55,427 nucleotides of DNA from Kiritimatiellia bacterium. GTDB lineage: Bacteria > Verrucomicrobiota > Kiritimatiellia > UBA8416 > SLMC01. The notes under the pieces are model-generated. The model saw only the letters and a list, made by a program, of their open reading frames with translations. It was not told the origin of the DNA and did not search any database. Below are positions 36,144 to 45,514 of the stretch, piece after piece. The stretch spans positions 1 to 55,427 of the forward strand of contig SLKS01000018.1 of assembly GCA_007134465.1 (NCBI GenBank), in the 5' to 3' direction. The position numbers and the translations under genes were made by a program. Each line of letters starts with the position of its first letter. Within the stretch, counting starts at the first letter, position 1.

Positions 36144-37520
36144 ATGAGAACGAGCGAACGAGACAGGCGTTTGTGGTGGATGGGTTGGCTCTGCGGGTTG
36201 TGGGCGATCGCGTTGTTGCGCGCGGGACAACCGGCTCTGGCCGAGGAAGGCGTCGAAAACGGCGAGCCGCCGGACGAACCGGTCCCGACCGCTGTCGAGC
36301 CGGAAGACGCTGCCGTTCCGGAAGACGTCGCCAATCCGCCTTTAGTTAAGGAAGGGGACGACGCCGCCTACGACGAAATCCGCTTGTTCACGGAGGCGCT
36401 TCTGCATATCCGCCGACAGTATGTGGAAGAGAAGACCTACAAGGAAATTGTGCAGGGCGGGTTGCGAGGGCTGTTGCAGTCGCTGGACCCGCACAGCGAT
36501 TTTCTGGACGCGGACGCCTACCGTTCCTTGCAGGAGGACGCGGCCAGCAAGTTCAGCGGCATCGGCATCAGCATTGGCATGCGCGAAGGGCTGCTGACAG
36601 TGATCGCGCCCATGGAGGACACGCCCGCGTTTCGCGCCGGGGTGCTGGCCGGCGACACGATCGTGGCCATAGACGGGCGCAAGACGCAGGGCATGACCCT
36701 GCGCGAAGCCGTGAAACGCTTGCGCGGGCCGCGCGGGGAAGCCGTGACGGTGACCGTGCGTCGAGCCGGAGACGAGAGCGAGCATGTTTTCGTCCTGGTG
36801 CGGGCAGACATCTTCGTGGCCAGCGTCAAGGGCGCCCGCATGGTGCGCGATGGAATCGGCTATGTCCGGCTCACCCAGTTTTCGGAACCGACGGCCGAAG
36901 CGCTCGCCGAAACGCTGGCGCAATTGGCCAACGATGGCGCACGGGCGCTCGTTCTGGATTTGCGCAACAATCATGGCGGGCTGCTGCGCTCGGCTGTCGA
37001 AGTTGCGCAGCTCTTTCTGCCGCGCCAGACCGTGATCGTCACGACAAAAGGTCGCGAGGGGGTGCATCGCGAAACGCGGGCCGTGGCGCGGGGGCGGGTT
37101 CGCTATCTCGAATGGCCGATGGCGACGCTGATCAACGGCGGCAGCGCCAGCGCGGCGGAAATCGTGGCCGGCGCATTGCAGGATCATAGGCGGGCAGTGA
37201 TTGTGGGGGAAACGTCTTTCGGCAAGGCGTCGGTGCAAAGCCTGATCGCGCTCAAGGCCGACGAATCCACGGCCATTCGCCTGACGGTTGGCCGCTACTA
37301 CACGCCGAACGGCCGGGCGATCCACGGCAAAGGCATTGATCCTGACATCGAAGTCAAGCTCACCCCGGCACAGTGGCGCGAGACGCTGACGCGTCGCGCG
37401 CATCTGGAAGACCCCGATTTGTTCAGTCAGGAAGAGATCGCCGCCTACGAGCATGCGACCGATCCGCCGCTGGAACGCGCGGCCGACATTCTTCAGGGCG
37501 TGCTCGTTCTGGGGCGATAG
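36144..37520 (+). CDS. Carboxy-terminal processing protease (S41 family, PDZ domain)
   Basis: ORF 36066..37520 trimmed to MRTSERDRRLWW (AAGGAG RBS). It has a PDZ region and the S41 motifs LDLRNNHGG, GGSASAAEIVAGALQD and TSFGKASVQ. Confidence 0.88.
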   Translation: MRTSERDRRLWWMGWLCGLWAIALLRAGQPALAEEGVENGEPPDEPVPTAVEPEDAAVPEDVANPPLVKEGDDAAYDEIRLFTEALLHIRRQYVEEKTYKEIVQGGLRGLLQSLDPHSDFLDADAYRSLQEDAASKFSGIGISIGMREGLLTVIAPMEDTPAFRAGVLAGDTIVAIDGRKTQGMTLREAVKRLRGPRGEAVTVTVRRAGDESEHVFVLVRADIFVASVKGARMVRDGIGYVRLTQFSEPTAEALAETLAQLANDGARALVLDLRNNHGGLLRSAVEVAQLFLPRQTVIVTTKGREGVHRETRAVARGRVRYLEWPMATLINGGSASAAEIVAGALQDHRRAVIVGETSFGKASVQSLIALKADESTAIRLTVGRYYTPNGRAIHGKGIDPDIEVKLTPAQWRETLTRRAHLEDPDLFSQEEIAAYEHATDPPLERAADILQGVLVLGR

Positions 37521-37524
37521 CGCC

Positions 37525-38577
37525 ATGATCGTGCTGGGGATCGAAACGTCTTGCGACGAAACCGCCGCCGCCGTCGTGCGGGACGGGCGGGAGACGCTGT
37601 CGAACGCGGTGCGCAGCCAGGCGGCTTCGCATGCGCCCTATGGCGGCGTCGTGCCGGATATCGCCGCGCGGCAGCATGTGGATGCGTTGGCGCCTGTAAT
37701 CGGGCAGGCCATGCGCGAGGCCGGGCTGGCCTGGGACCGGCTGGACGCCGTCGCCGCAACTTGCGGGCCGGGCCTGTCCAGTTCGCTGCTGATCGGCCTC
37801 GCGGCCGGTCAGGCGCTGGCGCGCCGTTTGGGGCGGCCGTTGTACGCGGTCAATCATGTGGAAGCGCATCTCTATTCTCCGTTTCTGGCCGCAGGCCGTT
37901 CCGCGTTCGAACGCGCCTGTCCGTGCGTGGCCCTGATCGTATCCGGCGGTCACACGCTGCTTGCCCTCGCCGAGGCGCCCGGCCGCTATCGGCTTCTGGG
38001 CCAAACGCTCGACGACGCCGCCGGCGAAGCGCTCGACAAGGCCGCCATCGCTCTCGGACTCGGCTATCCGGGCGGACCGGCCATCGAACAGGCCTCGCAG
38101 GGAGGCGATCCGCGCCGCATCGCCTTCCCGCGCGCGCGGCCGCGGCGGCCCAATCCGTTTCTCGGAACCATGGATCCCGACTTCTGTTTCAGCTTCAGCG
38201 GCTTGAAAACGGCGTTGATCTACTGGCTGAAAGCCCATCCCTTCGCCGACGGAGCCGATCGGCGCGAACGACTGCCTTCCGTCGCCGCCAGTTTTCAGGA
38301 AGCCATTGTCGCCGCGCTCTGCGACCGTTGCCAACGCGCCGTGCGCAAGACCGGCGTCGCAACGCTGATCGCAGGCGGCGGCGTAACTCTCAATGCGCGC
38401 TTGCGCGAGGCGCTCGCGGCGCTCGCCCGAAACAACAACGTGGAATTGCGGCTCGCCGCGCCGGCCTTTTGCGGAGACAACGCCGCCATGATCGCCGCGC
38501 TCGCCGGCATCGGTCTCGGGCAGCCTGTCGCCGGCGCTTGCGACGCGAATCCTTCGCTTGCGCTTGGCGCCGCTTGA
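37525..38577 (+). CDS. tsaD: tRNA N6-adenosine threonylcarbamoyltransferase
   Basis: ORF 37453..38577 trimmed to MIVLGIETSCDETAAAV. It has HVEAH and GGVTLN motifs. Confidence 0.92.
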   Translation: MIVLGIETSCDETAAAVVRDGRETLSNAVRSQAASHAPYGGVVPDIAARQHVDALAPVIGQAMREAGLAWDRLDAVAATCGPGLSSSLLIGLAAGQALARRLGRPLYAVNHVEAHLYSPFLAAGRSAFERACPCVALIVSGGHTLLALAEAPGRYRLLGQTLDDAAGEALDKAAIALGLGYPGGPAIEQASQGGDPRRIAFPRARPRRPNPFLGTMDPDFCFSFSGLKTALIYWLKAHPFADGADRRERLPSVAASFQEAIVAALCDRCQRAVRKTGVATLIAGGGVTLNARLREALAALARNNNVELRLAAPAFCGDNAAMIAALAGIGLGQPVAGACDANPSLALGAA

Positions 38578-38626
38578 CAACCGCGCGGTTTTTCGGCATG
38601 GTTCTTCCTGTTGCTGTTCCGTGTAC

Positions 38627-38697
38627 GCGGGTGTAGCTTAGTGGTAAAGCTCCAGCCTTCCAAGCTGGCTACACGGGTTCGATCCCCGTCACCCGCT
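38627..38697 (+). tRNA. tRNA-Gly (anticodon UCC)
   Basis: Hand-folded cloverleaf. Acceptor GCGGGTG/CACCCGC, D-stem GCTT/AAGC, anticodon stem CCAGC/GCTGG with loop CTTCCAA, T-arm ACGGG-TTCGATC-CCCGT. Total 71 nt. CCA is not encoded. Confidence 0.9.
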
Positions 38698-38781
38698 CCG
38701 CGTTTTTTTCCCGTTGTCTTTTTCTCGCGCTCCGTTCTCTTTCTGTTCACGAAATTTTTTTCGAAAAAAATTCTTTTTGTG

Positions 38782-38809
38782 TTGACACAAAGCGCCGAAT
38801 AATTAAATT
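38782..38809 (+). promoter_or_regulatory. Sigma70-like promoter candidate (TTGACA-N16-TAAATT) upstream of the lysine-rich ORF
   Basis: Perfect -35 TTGACA at 38782-38787 and an AT-rich -10 TAAATT at 38804-38809, in an unusually AT-rich spacer. It is preceded by the AT palindrome GAAATTTTTTTCGAAAAAAATTC (38751-38773). Confidence 0.4.
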
Positions 38810-38981
38810 GTTTCTTCAACACGATACGAAACGTCCGAATTGGACATGATCGTTCGTGCCTTGTGGTGAGCCTCGACGGGAAACGCGCAAGCGTTTCCGC
38901 CTTCGGCAACGAAGAGGACGGGGATCACGACATGACAATCAACTCCGGGCGCATGCTCGGAGGGAGGGGAGGTGATCGGTC

Positions 38982-39104
38982 ATGGTCGCGAAGAAAAAGA
39001 AAGCCGTGAAGAAAGCAGTGAAGAAGGCGCCGGCGAAGAAGAAGGCGGTGAAGAAAGCTGTGAAGAAAGCCGTGAAGAAAGCGGTGAAGAAGAAAAAGAA
39101 GTAA
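38982..39104 (+). CDS. Lysine-rich histone H1-like / nucleoid-associated small basic protein (40 aa)
   Basis: Not in the ORF track (<60 aa). ATG at 38982 follows GGAGGGAGGGGAGG. Translates to MVAKKKKAVKKAVKKAPAKKKAVKKAVKKAVKKAVKKKKK, stop TAA 39102-39104. A hairpin and a strong terminator follow. Confidence 0.6.
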   Translation: MVAKKKKAVKKAVKKAPAKKKAVKKAVKKAVKKAVKKKKK

Positions 39105-39154
39105 GCGACTGCCGATCACCGAAGAAACGCGGTTGCGTTTCCGGTGACGATTGC

Positions 39155-39197
39155 GAAATGACGGCCAGGGGGCAACCTCCGGCCGTCATTTCTTTTA
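39155..39197 (+). terminator. Rho-independent terminator
   Basis: 12-bp perfect stem GAAATGACGGCC / GGCCGTCATTTC followed by TTTT. Confidence 0.6.
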
Positions 39198-39297
39198 AGG
39201 TTCTGGACATCCGGCCGGGAAATGATAGGGTGCCATGGCGCGTTGGAATCGGCGCCGATCCGGTGTGTCGCGCACCCGACCCGCAAGGAGAATGTTT

Positions 39298-40008
39298 ATG
39301 TCCGTCTGGTTGTTCTCTTCGTCTTCCCTGCCGCTGGCCGATGTGCTTTCCGCTTTTGCCCGATCCAATCCGGCCGGCAAGATCATTGTCGCTTTCCTGT
39401 TTTTCGGTTCCATTGCGGTGTGGTCGCTTATGGCGACGAAATTTCGCGAGCTTATCGTTGTCCGCCGCGCTTCCCGGCGCTTCTTGCGCCTGTATCGCCA
39501 GCAACGGCGTCCAACGGCTCTGTACGGAGACCGCCGTGCGCCCGAGGGCAATCCGTTGGGCATTCTCTATGACGGCGTATGCGAAACGCTGGCCGCGGGC
39601 CGAAGCGATGCGGCGGGCGGTCCGCGCTGGAACGCGGCACGGCTCAACGCGGTGCGCAACGCCGCCGACCGAGCGGCCGCAGAACAGATATTGCGGCTCG
39701 AAGAAAACATGAGCCTGCTGGCCACCGCCACGACCGCCGCCCCGTTTCTCGGACTGCTGGGCACCGTATGGGGCGTGATGGAGGCTTTCATGGGCATGGG
39801 CGAGACCGCCTTGCTTTCCGCCGTGGCGCCCGGCATCTCCGGCGCGTTGCTGACCACGGTCGTCGGCCTGCTGGTGGCGCTGCCGTCGGCGATCGGATAC
39901 AACACGCTCAGCGCCTGGATTCGCCATCTGTCGGTCATGATCGACAATTTCTCCGGGGAACTCATCGCCGACCTGGAAACGTTTGCCGCCGAAGAAGGCG
40001 ACGGCTAA
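39298..40008 (+). CDS. tolQ: Tol-Pal system protein TolQ (MotA/TolQ/ExbB proton channel)
   Basis: ORF 39235..40008. Start MSVWLF, 7 nt after AAGGAG. Motif [19 protein letters not shown]. Operon context with tolR-tolA-tolB-pal. Confidence 0.85.
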   Translation: MSVWLFSSSSLPLADVLSAFARSNPAGKIIVAFLFFGSIAVWSLMATKFRELIVVRRASRRFLRLYRQQRRPTALYGDRRAPEGNPLGILYDGVCETLAAGRSDAAGGPRWNAARLNAVRNAADRAAAEQILRLEENMSLLATATTAAPFLGLLGTVWGVMEAFMGMGETALLSAVAPGISGALLTTVVGLLVALPSAIGYNTLSAWIRHLSVMIDNFSGELIADLETFAAEEGDG

Positions 40009-40025
40009 TCGTCGAGGAGCTTGCC

Positions 40026-40436
40026 GTGTCCGCCAGAAAGACGCTTGCATCCCTGAAGCCCATGGGCGACATCAATCTGACGCCGCTGATGGATCTTACC
40101 TTTATCCTGCTGATCACGTTCATCATTACGTTTCCCCTGCTCGAACACGGAATCGAGATCAACCTGCCGCGCGCGACAGCCGGCGATTTGGCGTCCGAGA
40201 CGGCGCGCACGATCGCCATGGACGCGAAAGGCGCGCTGCATCTGGACGACCGGCCGATCGCCTTCGAGGAGCTGCGCGCCGCGCTTGTGGAAATGGGGCG
40301 CTTGTCGCCGGACGTTACCGTTTTGATTCGCGCCGACGAACGGCTGCCCTACGGCGATGTTGTCCGCATCCTGAAACTCTTGCACGAGGCGAACCTCGCC
40401 CGCATGGCGTTGGTGACCCGGGCCGAAGAACGATGA
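40026..40436 (+). CDS. tolR: Tol-Pal system protein TolR (ExbD/TolR family)
   Basis: Tail of track ORF 39579..40436. GTG start after GAGGAG. Contains [25 protein letters not shown]. Confidence 0.82.
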   Translation: MSARKTLASLKPMGDINLTPLMDLTFILLITFIITFPLLEHGIEINLPRATAGDLASETARTIAMDAKGALHLDDRPIAFEELRAALVEMGRLSPDVTVLIRADERLPYGDVVRILKLLHEANLARMALVTRAEER

Positions 40437-41146
40437 CTCCGCGTTTTCGTCAGACCCTCAAAATCGTTTCGGCCGCGCATCTGCTGGCGCTGCTTGCCTT
40501 GCTGATCGTGCCGCGCATGCGGGCCTGTCGCACGCCGCCGCCCGAAACGCGTATTGCCGTCGCCCTGCGCATCGAACCCGCGCCCCTTCCCGAGCCCGAG
40601 CCCAAGCCGGAACCCAAGCCGGAGCCCAAGCCGGAACCCAAGCCGGAACCCAAGCCCGAACCCAAGCCCGAGCCCAAGCCGGAACCCCGTCCCGAACCCA
40701 AGCCGGAGCCCAAGCCGAAGCCGAAACCCCGGCGGAAGATCGAGGTGAGCGACAAGCGCGTGGTGCGCGAATTGGAGCCGAAACAGGAGCAGGCGTTTCC
40801 TGACGATGTGGTGCGCGATTTGGAAAAGAGGTTGACAACGAAGAGAGAGCCTGTCACGGTTGACGATAGCCGATTGCAGTTGCAGCGTGTGCGCGATGCG
40901 CTGTATCGGGCGTGGGAAGAGCGGCCTGGGCGCCAGGAGGCGGGCGGGGCTACGGCGACAGTCACGTTGCGATTCGATGCGGCCGGCCGTATCGAGGAGC
41001 GCACCTTGACCGGCCCCTCCGGCAATGCCGCGCTGGATGCGTCCGTCATGCGTGCGGTACAGTCGGTGACATGGATACCGGGTTTGAAGGAAGATTTTCT
41101 GAAAGCGAGAAACTGGCAAGTGAGCGTGGCGTTCAGACTGGAGTGA
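40433..41146 (+). CDS. tolA: TolA/TonB-like protein with (EPKP)n linker
   Basis: Tail of track ORF 39983..41146. [26 protein letters not shown] is the TM anchor. It has ~11 EPKP repeats and a TonB_C-like end ([18 protein letters not shown]). ATGA overlap with tolR. Confidence 0.75.
   Translation: MTPRFRQTLKIVSAAHLLALLALLIVPRMRACRTPPPETRIAVALRIEPAPLPEPEPKPEPKPEPKPEPKPEPKPEPKPEPKPEPRPEPKPEPKPKPKPRRKIEVSDKRVVRELEPKQEQAFPDDVVRDLEKRLTTKREPVTVDDSRLQLQRVRDALYRAWEERPGRQEAGGATATVTLRFDAAGRIEERTLTGPSGNAALDASVMRAVQSVTWIPGLKEDFLKARNWQVSVAFRLE
40591..40730 (+). repeat. 12-bp tandem repeat (GAGCCCAAGCCG / GAACCCAAGCCG) encoding (EPKP)n in tolA
   Basis: About 11 consecutive units seen directly in the sequence. 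Confidence 0.85.
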
Positions 41147-41153
41147 GCTGGCA

Positions 41154-42368
41154 ATGACAAGATGGCGATGGGCCCTGTGCGGGCTGGCGCTGTGCGGGAT
41201 CGCCCGCGCGGCGGATGTAGAAGTGGTTCGCGAAGGCGCGGAAAAGAACCGCGTGGACATATCGAGTCTGCGTACGGAAGGCCCGACGGGCGAGCTTTTT
41301 CTGCGGACGCTCGAAATCAATCTGGCGCGGTCCGGCGCGTTTGTCGTGCAGCGCGGCGGCGCGGTTCTTCTGGTCGAAGGCTCGTTTCGGGACGACGGCG
41401 GACGTGTGGAGGCGCGTTGCGCATTGCGCAATGTTTCGACCGGTCGCGCCTATTTCACCCGCACGTACCGGGCTGCGGAAGGCGATGCGCGCACGCCAGC
41501 GCGCGCCTTGGCCGACGACATTGTCGAAGCGATGACCGACCAGGTCGGCATTGCCTCGACTCGCATTGCGCTGATCGGTTCCGCGCGCGGTGTCAAGAAC
41601 CTGTTCGTGTGCGACGCGGACGGCGCGAACCTCGTCCAAATCACCCGCGACTCGTCCGTGGCGCTGGCGCCGGACTGGTTTCCCGACGGTCAACGCCTGG
41701 TCTACACCTCCTTCCATCGCGGCTATCCCGACGTGTACCGCATTGATTTGCGCAAGAACGCGCGCGTCCGCATCGCCGCCTTCCCGGGCATCAACGTCAG
41801 CGGCGCCATTTCGCCGGACGGCCGCGAGATGGCCGTGATTCTTTCCAAGGACGGCAACCCGGAACTCTATGTCATGAATCTGGAGTCCGGCGCGCTGCGG
41901 CGGCTGACGCGCACGCCGCACGCGGTGGAGGCCAGCCCGTCATGGTCGCCGGACGGGCGGCAGATCGTTTTCGTTTCCGACCGGCCGGGACGCCCGCACC
42001 TGTATGTGACCGATGCCCGGCGCGACACGGCCCGCCGCCTGACCTATCAGGGCGCCGAAAACGTGGCGCCGGACTGGGGCCCGAACGGCCTGATCGCCTA
42101 CAGCAGCCGGCGCGAGGGCCGCTACCGGCTGTTTGCGATCGATCCGGCCACGGGCGTCAAACGTTCGCTGATCGAGGAACCCGGCGACTGGGAAGAGCCG
42201 TCGTGGGCGCCGAACGGGCGCCACATCGCCTGTACGAGGCGCGTGGGCTATCGGTCGGGAATCTATGTTGTTGACACGGAAGGCGACCCTCCCGTACGGT
42301 TGGTCGCGCGAGAAGGGGACTGGTATTCGCCCGTGTGGTCGCGGCGAAAGAAAGGAGAACGGCAATGA
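41154..42368 (+). CDS. tolB: Tol-Pal system beta-propeller protein TolB
   Basis: 404-aa ORF with repeated SPDG/SWSPDG blades (SPDGREMAVILSKDGNPELYVMN, SWSPDGRQIVFVSDR). Confidence 0.9.
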   Translation: MTRWRWALCGLALCGIARAADVEVVREGAEKNRVDISSLRTEGPTGELFLRTLEINLARSGAFVVQRGGAVLLVEGSFRDDGGRVEARCALRNVSTGRAYFTRTYRAAEGDARTPARALADDIVEAMTDQVGIASTRIALIGSARGVKNLFVCDADGANLVQITRDSSVALAPDWFPDGQRLVYTSFHRGYPDVYRIDLRKNARVRIAAFPGINVSGAISPDGREMAVILSKDGNPELYVMNLESGALRRLTRTPHAVEASPSWSPDGRQIVFVSDRPGRPHLYVTDARRDTARRLTYQGAENVAPDWGPNGLIAYSSRREGRYRLFAIDPATGVKRSLIEEPGDWEEPSWAPNGRHIACTRRVGYRSGIYVVDTEGDPPVRLVAREGDWYSPVWSRRKKGERQ

Positions 42369-42913
42369 AGGGTCAGTGGCGGCGGTGGGCGTGCTTGACG
42401 ATGGCGGCGGCAATGGCGGCGGGAGCAACCGGATGCGGCATGTTCAAGGGCAAGGACAAGGGCGGGCCGGAAAACGATATCGAGTTTCTGCCTCCCGGCG
42501 CCGCGATGCCGTTGGATGAATTTCCCATGACGGACCACGGGCGCCGGGACGACGATCAGGGCGTGCGCGTGACCGAAGTCCAGTTCGACAACGTGCTCTT
42601 CGAGTTCGACCGCTCGCACGTGCGCGATTCAGAAATGCGCAAAATCGAAGTCGTGGCCGCCTGGCTGCGGGCGAATCCGCGCACGCGTCTCGTCGTGGAA
42701 GGGCATTGCGACGAGCGCGGCAGCCGCGAGTACAACATGGCGCTGGGCGAATACCGCGCTCAGGCCGTGCGCGCGAACCTGATCCGTTTGGGCATTGTGC
42801 CGGACCGCATTCAAACCCGCAGCTACGGCGCCGAGCGGCCCTTGGTTCCCGAACACAACGAAGCGGCCTGGCGCCTCAATCGCCGCGCCGAGTTTCACGT
42901 GTACCGGGACTGA
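42365..42913 (+). CDS. pal: Peptidoglycan-associated lipoprotein Pal (OmpA family)
   Basis: ORF 42335..42913 trimmed to MKGQWRRW (ATGA overlap with tolB). Lipobox GATGCG. OmpA-C motifs are FEFDRSHV, EGHCDERGSREYNMALGEYRA and NRRAEF. Confidence 0.9.
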   Translation: MKGQWRRWACLTMAAAMAAGATGCGMFKGKDKGGPENDIEFLPPGAAMPLDEFPMTDHGRRDDDQGVRVTEVQFDNVLFEFDRSHVRDSEMRKIEVVAAWLRANPRTRLVVEGHCDERGSREYNMALGEYRAQAVRANLIRLGIVPDRIQTRSYGAERPLVPEHNEAAWRLNRRAEFHVYRD

Positions 42914-42916
42914 CCC

Positions 42917-43957
42917 ATGAAAAAACGCGCAACGGAAAAAGAATCGGCCTATGCGCAGGCGGGTGTCGATATCGACGCCATGATGCAGGGGCTGAAATCG
43001 GCGAAGAAAATGATTCGGCGCACCGCGACACGCGGCGTGCGCAGCGATATCGGTTCGTTCGGCGGTCTGTTCGATGCGCCCGGAACCGGCAAGCTGCTGG
43101 TGGCCAGCACGGACGGGGTCGGCACGAAACTGACCGTGGCGGCCATGGCGGGCCGGCACGATACAGTCGGGCAGGACCTGGTCAACCATTGCGTCAACGA
43201 CATACTCGTGCAAGGCGCCCGACCGCTCTTCTTTCTGGATTATCTGGGCACGGCCAAGCTGGACGGCAAAGTGTTCCAGGAGGTCGTTCGCGGTCTCTGC
43301 ATCGCCTGCAAGGAGAACGGCTGCGCCTTGCTGGGCGGCGAGACGGCCGAAATGCCGGGGCTTTATCCGCCGGGCGAATACGATCTGGTCGGCACGATCG
43401 TCGGCGCGGTGGACAGGAAGGCGGTGGTGACCGGCGAAAAAATCCGGCCGGGCGACATGGCGATCGGGCTGCGTTCGACCGGCTTGCATACCAATGGTTA
43501 TTCGCTGGCGCGTCGCGTGATTTTCGATCAGGCGAAATTGAGGGTGAACGACCGCTTGCCCGGGACCGAGCGTACCGTGGCGCAAGCGCTGCTGGCCGTG
43601 CATCGCAGTTACCTGCGTCCCGTGACCCGTGTCCTGAAGCGCGTTATCGTGCGCGGCATGGCTCACATCACCGGCGGCGGCCTGCTTGACAACCTGCCGC
43701 GCATCCTGCCGGCAGGCACGAACATCGTGATTGACCGCCGTTCGTGGACGGTTCCGCCGCTTTTCCGCTTCCTGCAGGAACAGGGCAAGATCGAAGAGCG
43801 CGAAATGTTCCGCGTCTTCAACATGGGCATCGGATACGTGCTCGTCGTGCGGGAAAAGGACGTGGCGACAACGCTCGCCATTCTCCGTCGCGCCGGCTGT
43901 CAGCCGGCGCCGATCGGCTATGTTGCCGAAGGCCGCCGCAAAGTCGTGCTGGGCTAG
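42917..43957 (+). CDS. purM: Phosphoribosylformylglycinamidine cyclo-ligase (AIR synthetase)
   Basis: 346-aa ORF. Motifs: YAQAGVDID, STDGVGTKL, DLVNHCVNDIL, GGETAEMPG. Confidence 0.93.
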   Translation: MKKRATEKESAYAQAGVDIDAMMQGLKSAKKMIRRTATRGVRSDIGSFGGLFDAPGTGKLLVASTDGVGTKLTVAAMAGRHDTVGQDLVNHCVNDILVQGARPLFFLDYLGTAKLDGKVFQEVVRGLCIACKENGCALLGGETAEMPGLYPPGEYDLVGTIVGAVDRKAVVTGEKIRPGDMAIGLRSTGLHTNGYSLARRVIFDQAKLRVNDRLPGTERTVAQALLAVHRSYLRPVTRVLKRVIVRGMAHITGGGLLDNLPRILPAGTNIVIDRRSWTVPPLFRFLQEQGKIEEREMFRVFNMGIGYVLVVREKDVATTLAILRRAGCQPAPIGYVAEGRRKVVLG

Positions 43958-43982
43958 CCCCAAACTTCGCTCGCTTTGGGGC
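43957..43982. terminator. Bidirectional hairpin between convergent purM and OMP genes
   Basis: GCCCCAAA-N10-TTTGGGGC fills the 24-bp gap between the two stop codons. Confidence 0.45.
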
Positions 43983-45514
43983 TAAAACTCGTGCCGATAG
44001 ACGAAGCGGGCGGAAACGATGTCGCGTTCGTAGGAGAGGGCGTCCGACCGGCTGTCGCGTTCGATGCGGTAGTAGTAGGCGTCGAACCGCGTTTTGCGGG
44101 TGACCGCCACGCCGGTTCCGATTCGCCCCCACCATGTGCGGTAGTCGAAGCGCCAGGCTTCGTCCGCGTCCGCGCCCTCGCGCGCCGGCCGGTTCTCGCG
44201 CAGGGAATAGCCGGTGGCGGCCCGCAGCCGGACCGTGCGGGTCAGCGGGTAGGAGACACGCAACTGGCCGGCCAGATGGCTGAACCCGTTCACGTCCGAC
44301 CGGCTCGGCTCGATGCGGTCGTAGCCAAGCTCGATGCCCGCGCGCAGCGTTTCGTATTCCCAGTTCATTTTGTATCCGAGACGGTCGGCCGTCTCGTACG
44401 CCGAACGATAGCCTTCCCGTAACGTTCGGGCCGCCTCGAATTCGTGCGTGAGCCCTTTCCACACTTCCCCCTCGAACTGCAACGTGGCGCCGCCGACCCA
44501 GGAGCCGCCGCCCCGCTCGCCGCCGCCCCGCTCGCTGCTGTCCGGCTCGCGGCTGGCCACGCGCGTGACGCCATAGCCCGCCCAGCCGCTTACGGAGGTT
44601 TGCGGAAAAAGCCGCGCCCGCGAAAACACCGTGTATTTCTCCGAAGAAAAATCGGAGCGGTGACGCGCCGCATAGTCGGTTTGCCGAAACCGGGCCTTGA
44701 GCCCCGCGATCCAGAACGGATTGAGCCGCTGTTCGTACGCCAGGCTTTCGCTCCATGTGACGCGCTCCTGATCCCGGCCGGCCGCGGTATGGCCCCAAAA
44801 ATCCTCGCGCGCGAGCGACGCCGCCAGATTCCGGTCACGATCCATGAGCCAGTCGGCGTCCAGCCCAATTCGGTTGCGAGTGTATTTCAAACGTTCGCCG
44901 CCATAGACATCCTCGATGCCGCGCGTGTCCACGTAGTCGGTCCGATGCGTGAAATGGTTGTAGGCCGTTCCGCGGACGAACGGCGTGGGCCGAAAAGACG
45001 TGGACAGCGTGGCCCATATGCCTTCGTCTGCCAGATCGAGGCGAAACGCGTCGGCTTGCGTGCCGAGCGGATAATGCTCGTAGGAAGCGGCAACCGACAC
45101 GTCCAGATCCATGTGCCGGCTGACGATCACATAGTTGCGCGTGCGCAGGGTGGTCGTCAGCGGAAACTCGGACCCGTCCTTGCGGATGGCGCCGCGCCGG
45201 TTCGCGAAGAGAAAATCGGTGCCTGCGCCCGAACTGCGCGTCCAGCGATAGCCGAATGTCTGCGTGAAGCCCACGTTCGAATAGAACGGGCCGATGCGCA
45301 ACAGGGCATAGGGCGGCACGACCGCTTCGCGATGATTGGCGAAGCGCAGCTCCTGGGCCAGGCCCGCCTGGCCGGCAACAACGCTCAGAACCGTTGCCAG
45401 CGCAATGGCCTCGATTATTCCTTTCCCGCCGTGATTTGTGCCGGCATAGCGCCCGTCTTCTTCCGACCCTTCGACAATCTTAAGAAACCGATCTTTTGCT
45501 TTCCTGCGATTCAT
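43982..45514 (-). CDS. Putative outer-membrane beta-barrel protein
   Basis: 510-aa ORF with an N-terminal signal-like segment, alternating aromatic/polar beta-strand pattern (many Y/R/T/G), and a terminal ...FVYRHEF with C-terminal Phe. Confidence 0.6.
   Translation of the reverse strand: MNRRKAKDRFLKIVEGSEEDGRYAGTNHGGKGIIEAIALATVLSVVAGQAGLAQELRFANHREAVVPPYALLRIGPFYSNVGFTQTFGYRWTRSSGAGTDFLFANRRGAIRKDGSEFPLTTTLRTRNYVIVSRHMDLDVSVAASYEHYPLGTQADAFRLDLADEGIWATLSTSFRPTPFVRGTAYNHFTHRTDYVDTRGIEDVYGGERLKYTRNRIGLDADWLMDRDRNLAASLAREDFWGHTAAGRDQERVTWSESLAYEQRLNPFWIAGLKARFRQTDYAARHRSDFSSEKYTVFSRARLFPQTSVSGWAGYGVTRVASREPDSSERGGGERGGGSWVGGATLQFEGEVWKGLTHEFEAARTLREGYRSAYETADRLGYKMNWEYETLRAGIELGYDRIEPSRSDVNGFSHLAGQLRVSYPLTRTVRLRAATGYSLRENRPAREGADADEAWRFDYRTWWGRIGTGVAVTRKTRFDAYYYRIERDSRSDALSYERDIVSARFVYRHEF

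Noticed and set aside
38627-38697. tRNA-Gly as a possible integration site for the defence island.
   Set aside because: The island starts ~6.8 kb away, after the complete tol-pal operon, purM and an OMP gene. I saw no integrase and no direct repeat of the tRNA 3' end.
38925-39712. Track ORFs 38972..39712 (acidic EEKESREESSEEG...) and 38925..39119 (minus, LLHRFLHGFLH...) overlap the lysine-rich region.
   Set aside because: They are alternative-frame and antisense readings of the (AAG AAA GCN GTG)n repeat. Only the lysine frame has an RBS-ATG and a stop followed by a terminator. The long plus-frame ORF also runs through the terminator into tolQ out of frame.
40349-41431. Minus-strand ORFs encoding [11 protein letters not shown] / GFGLGFRLG repeats opposite tolA.
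   Set aside because: They are the antisense translation of the (EPKP)n tandem repeat. The plus frame has the TM anchor, the TonB_C-like end and operon coupling.
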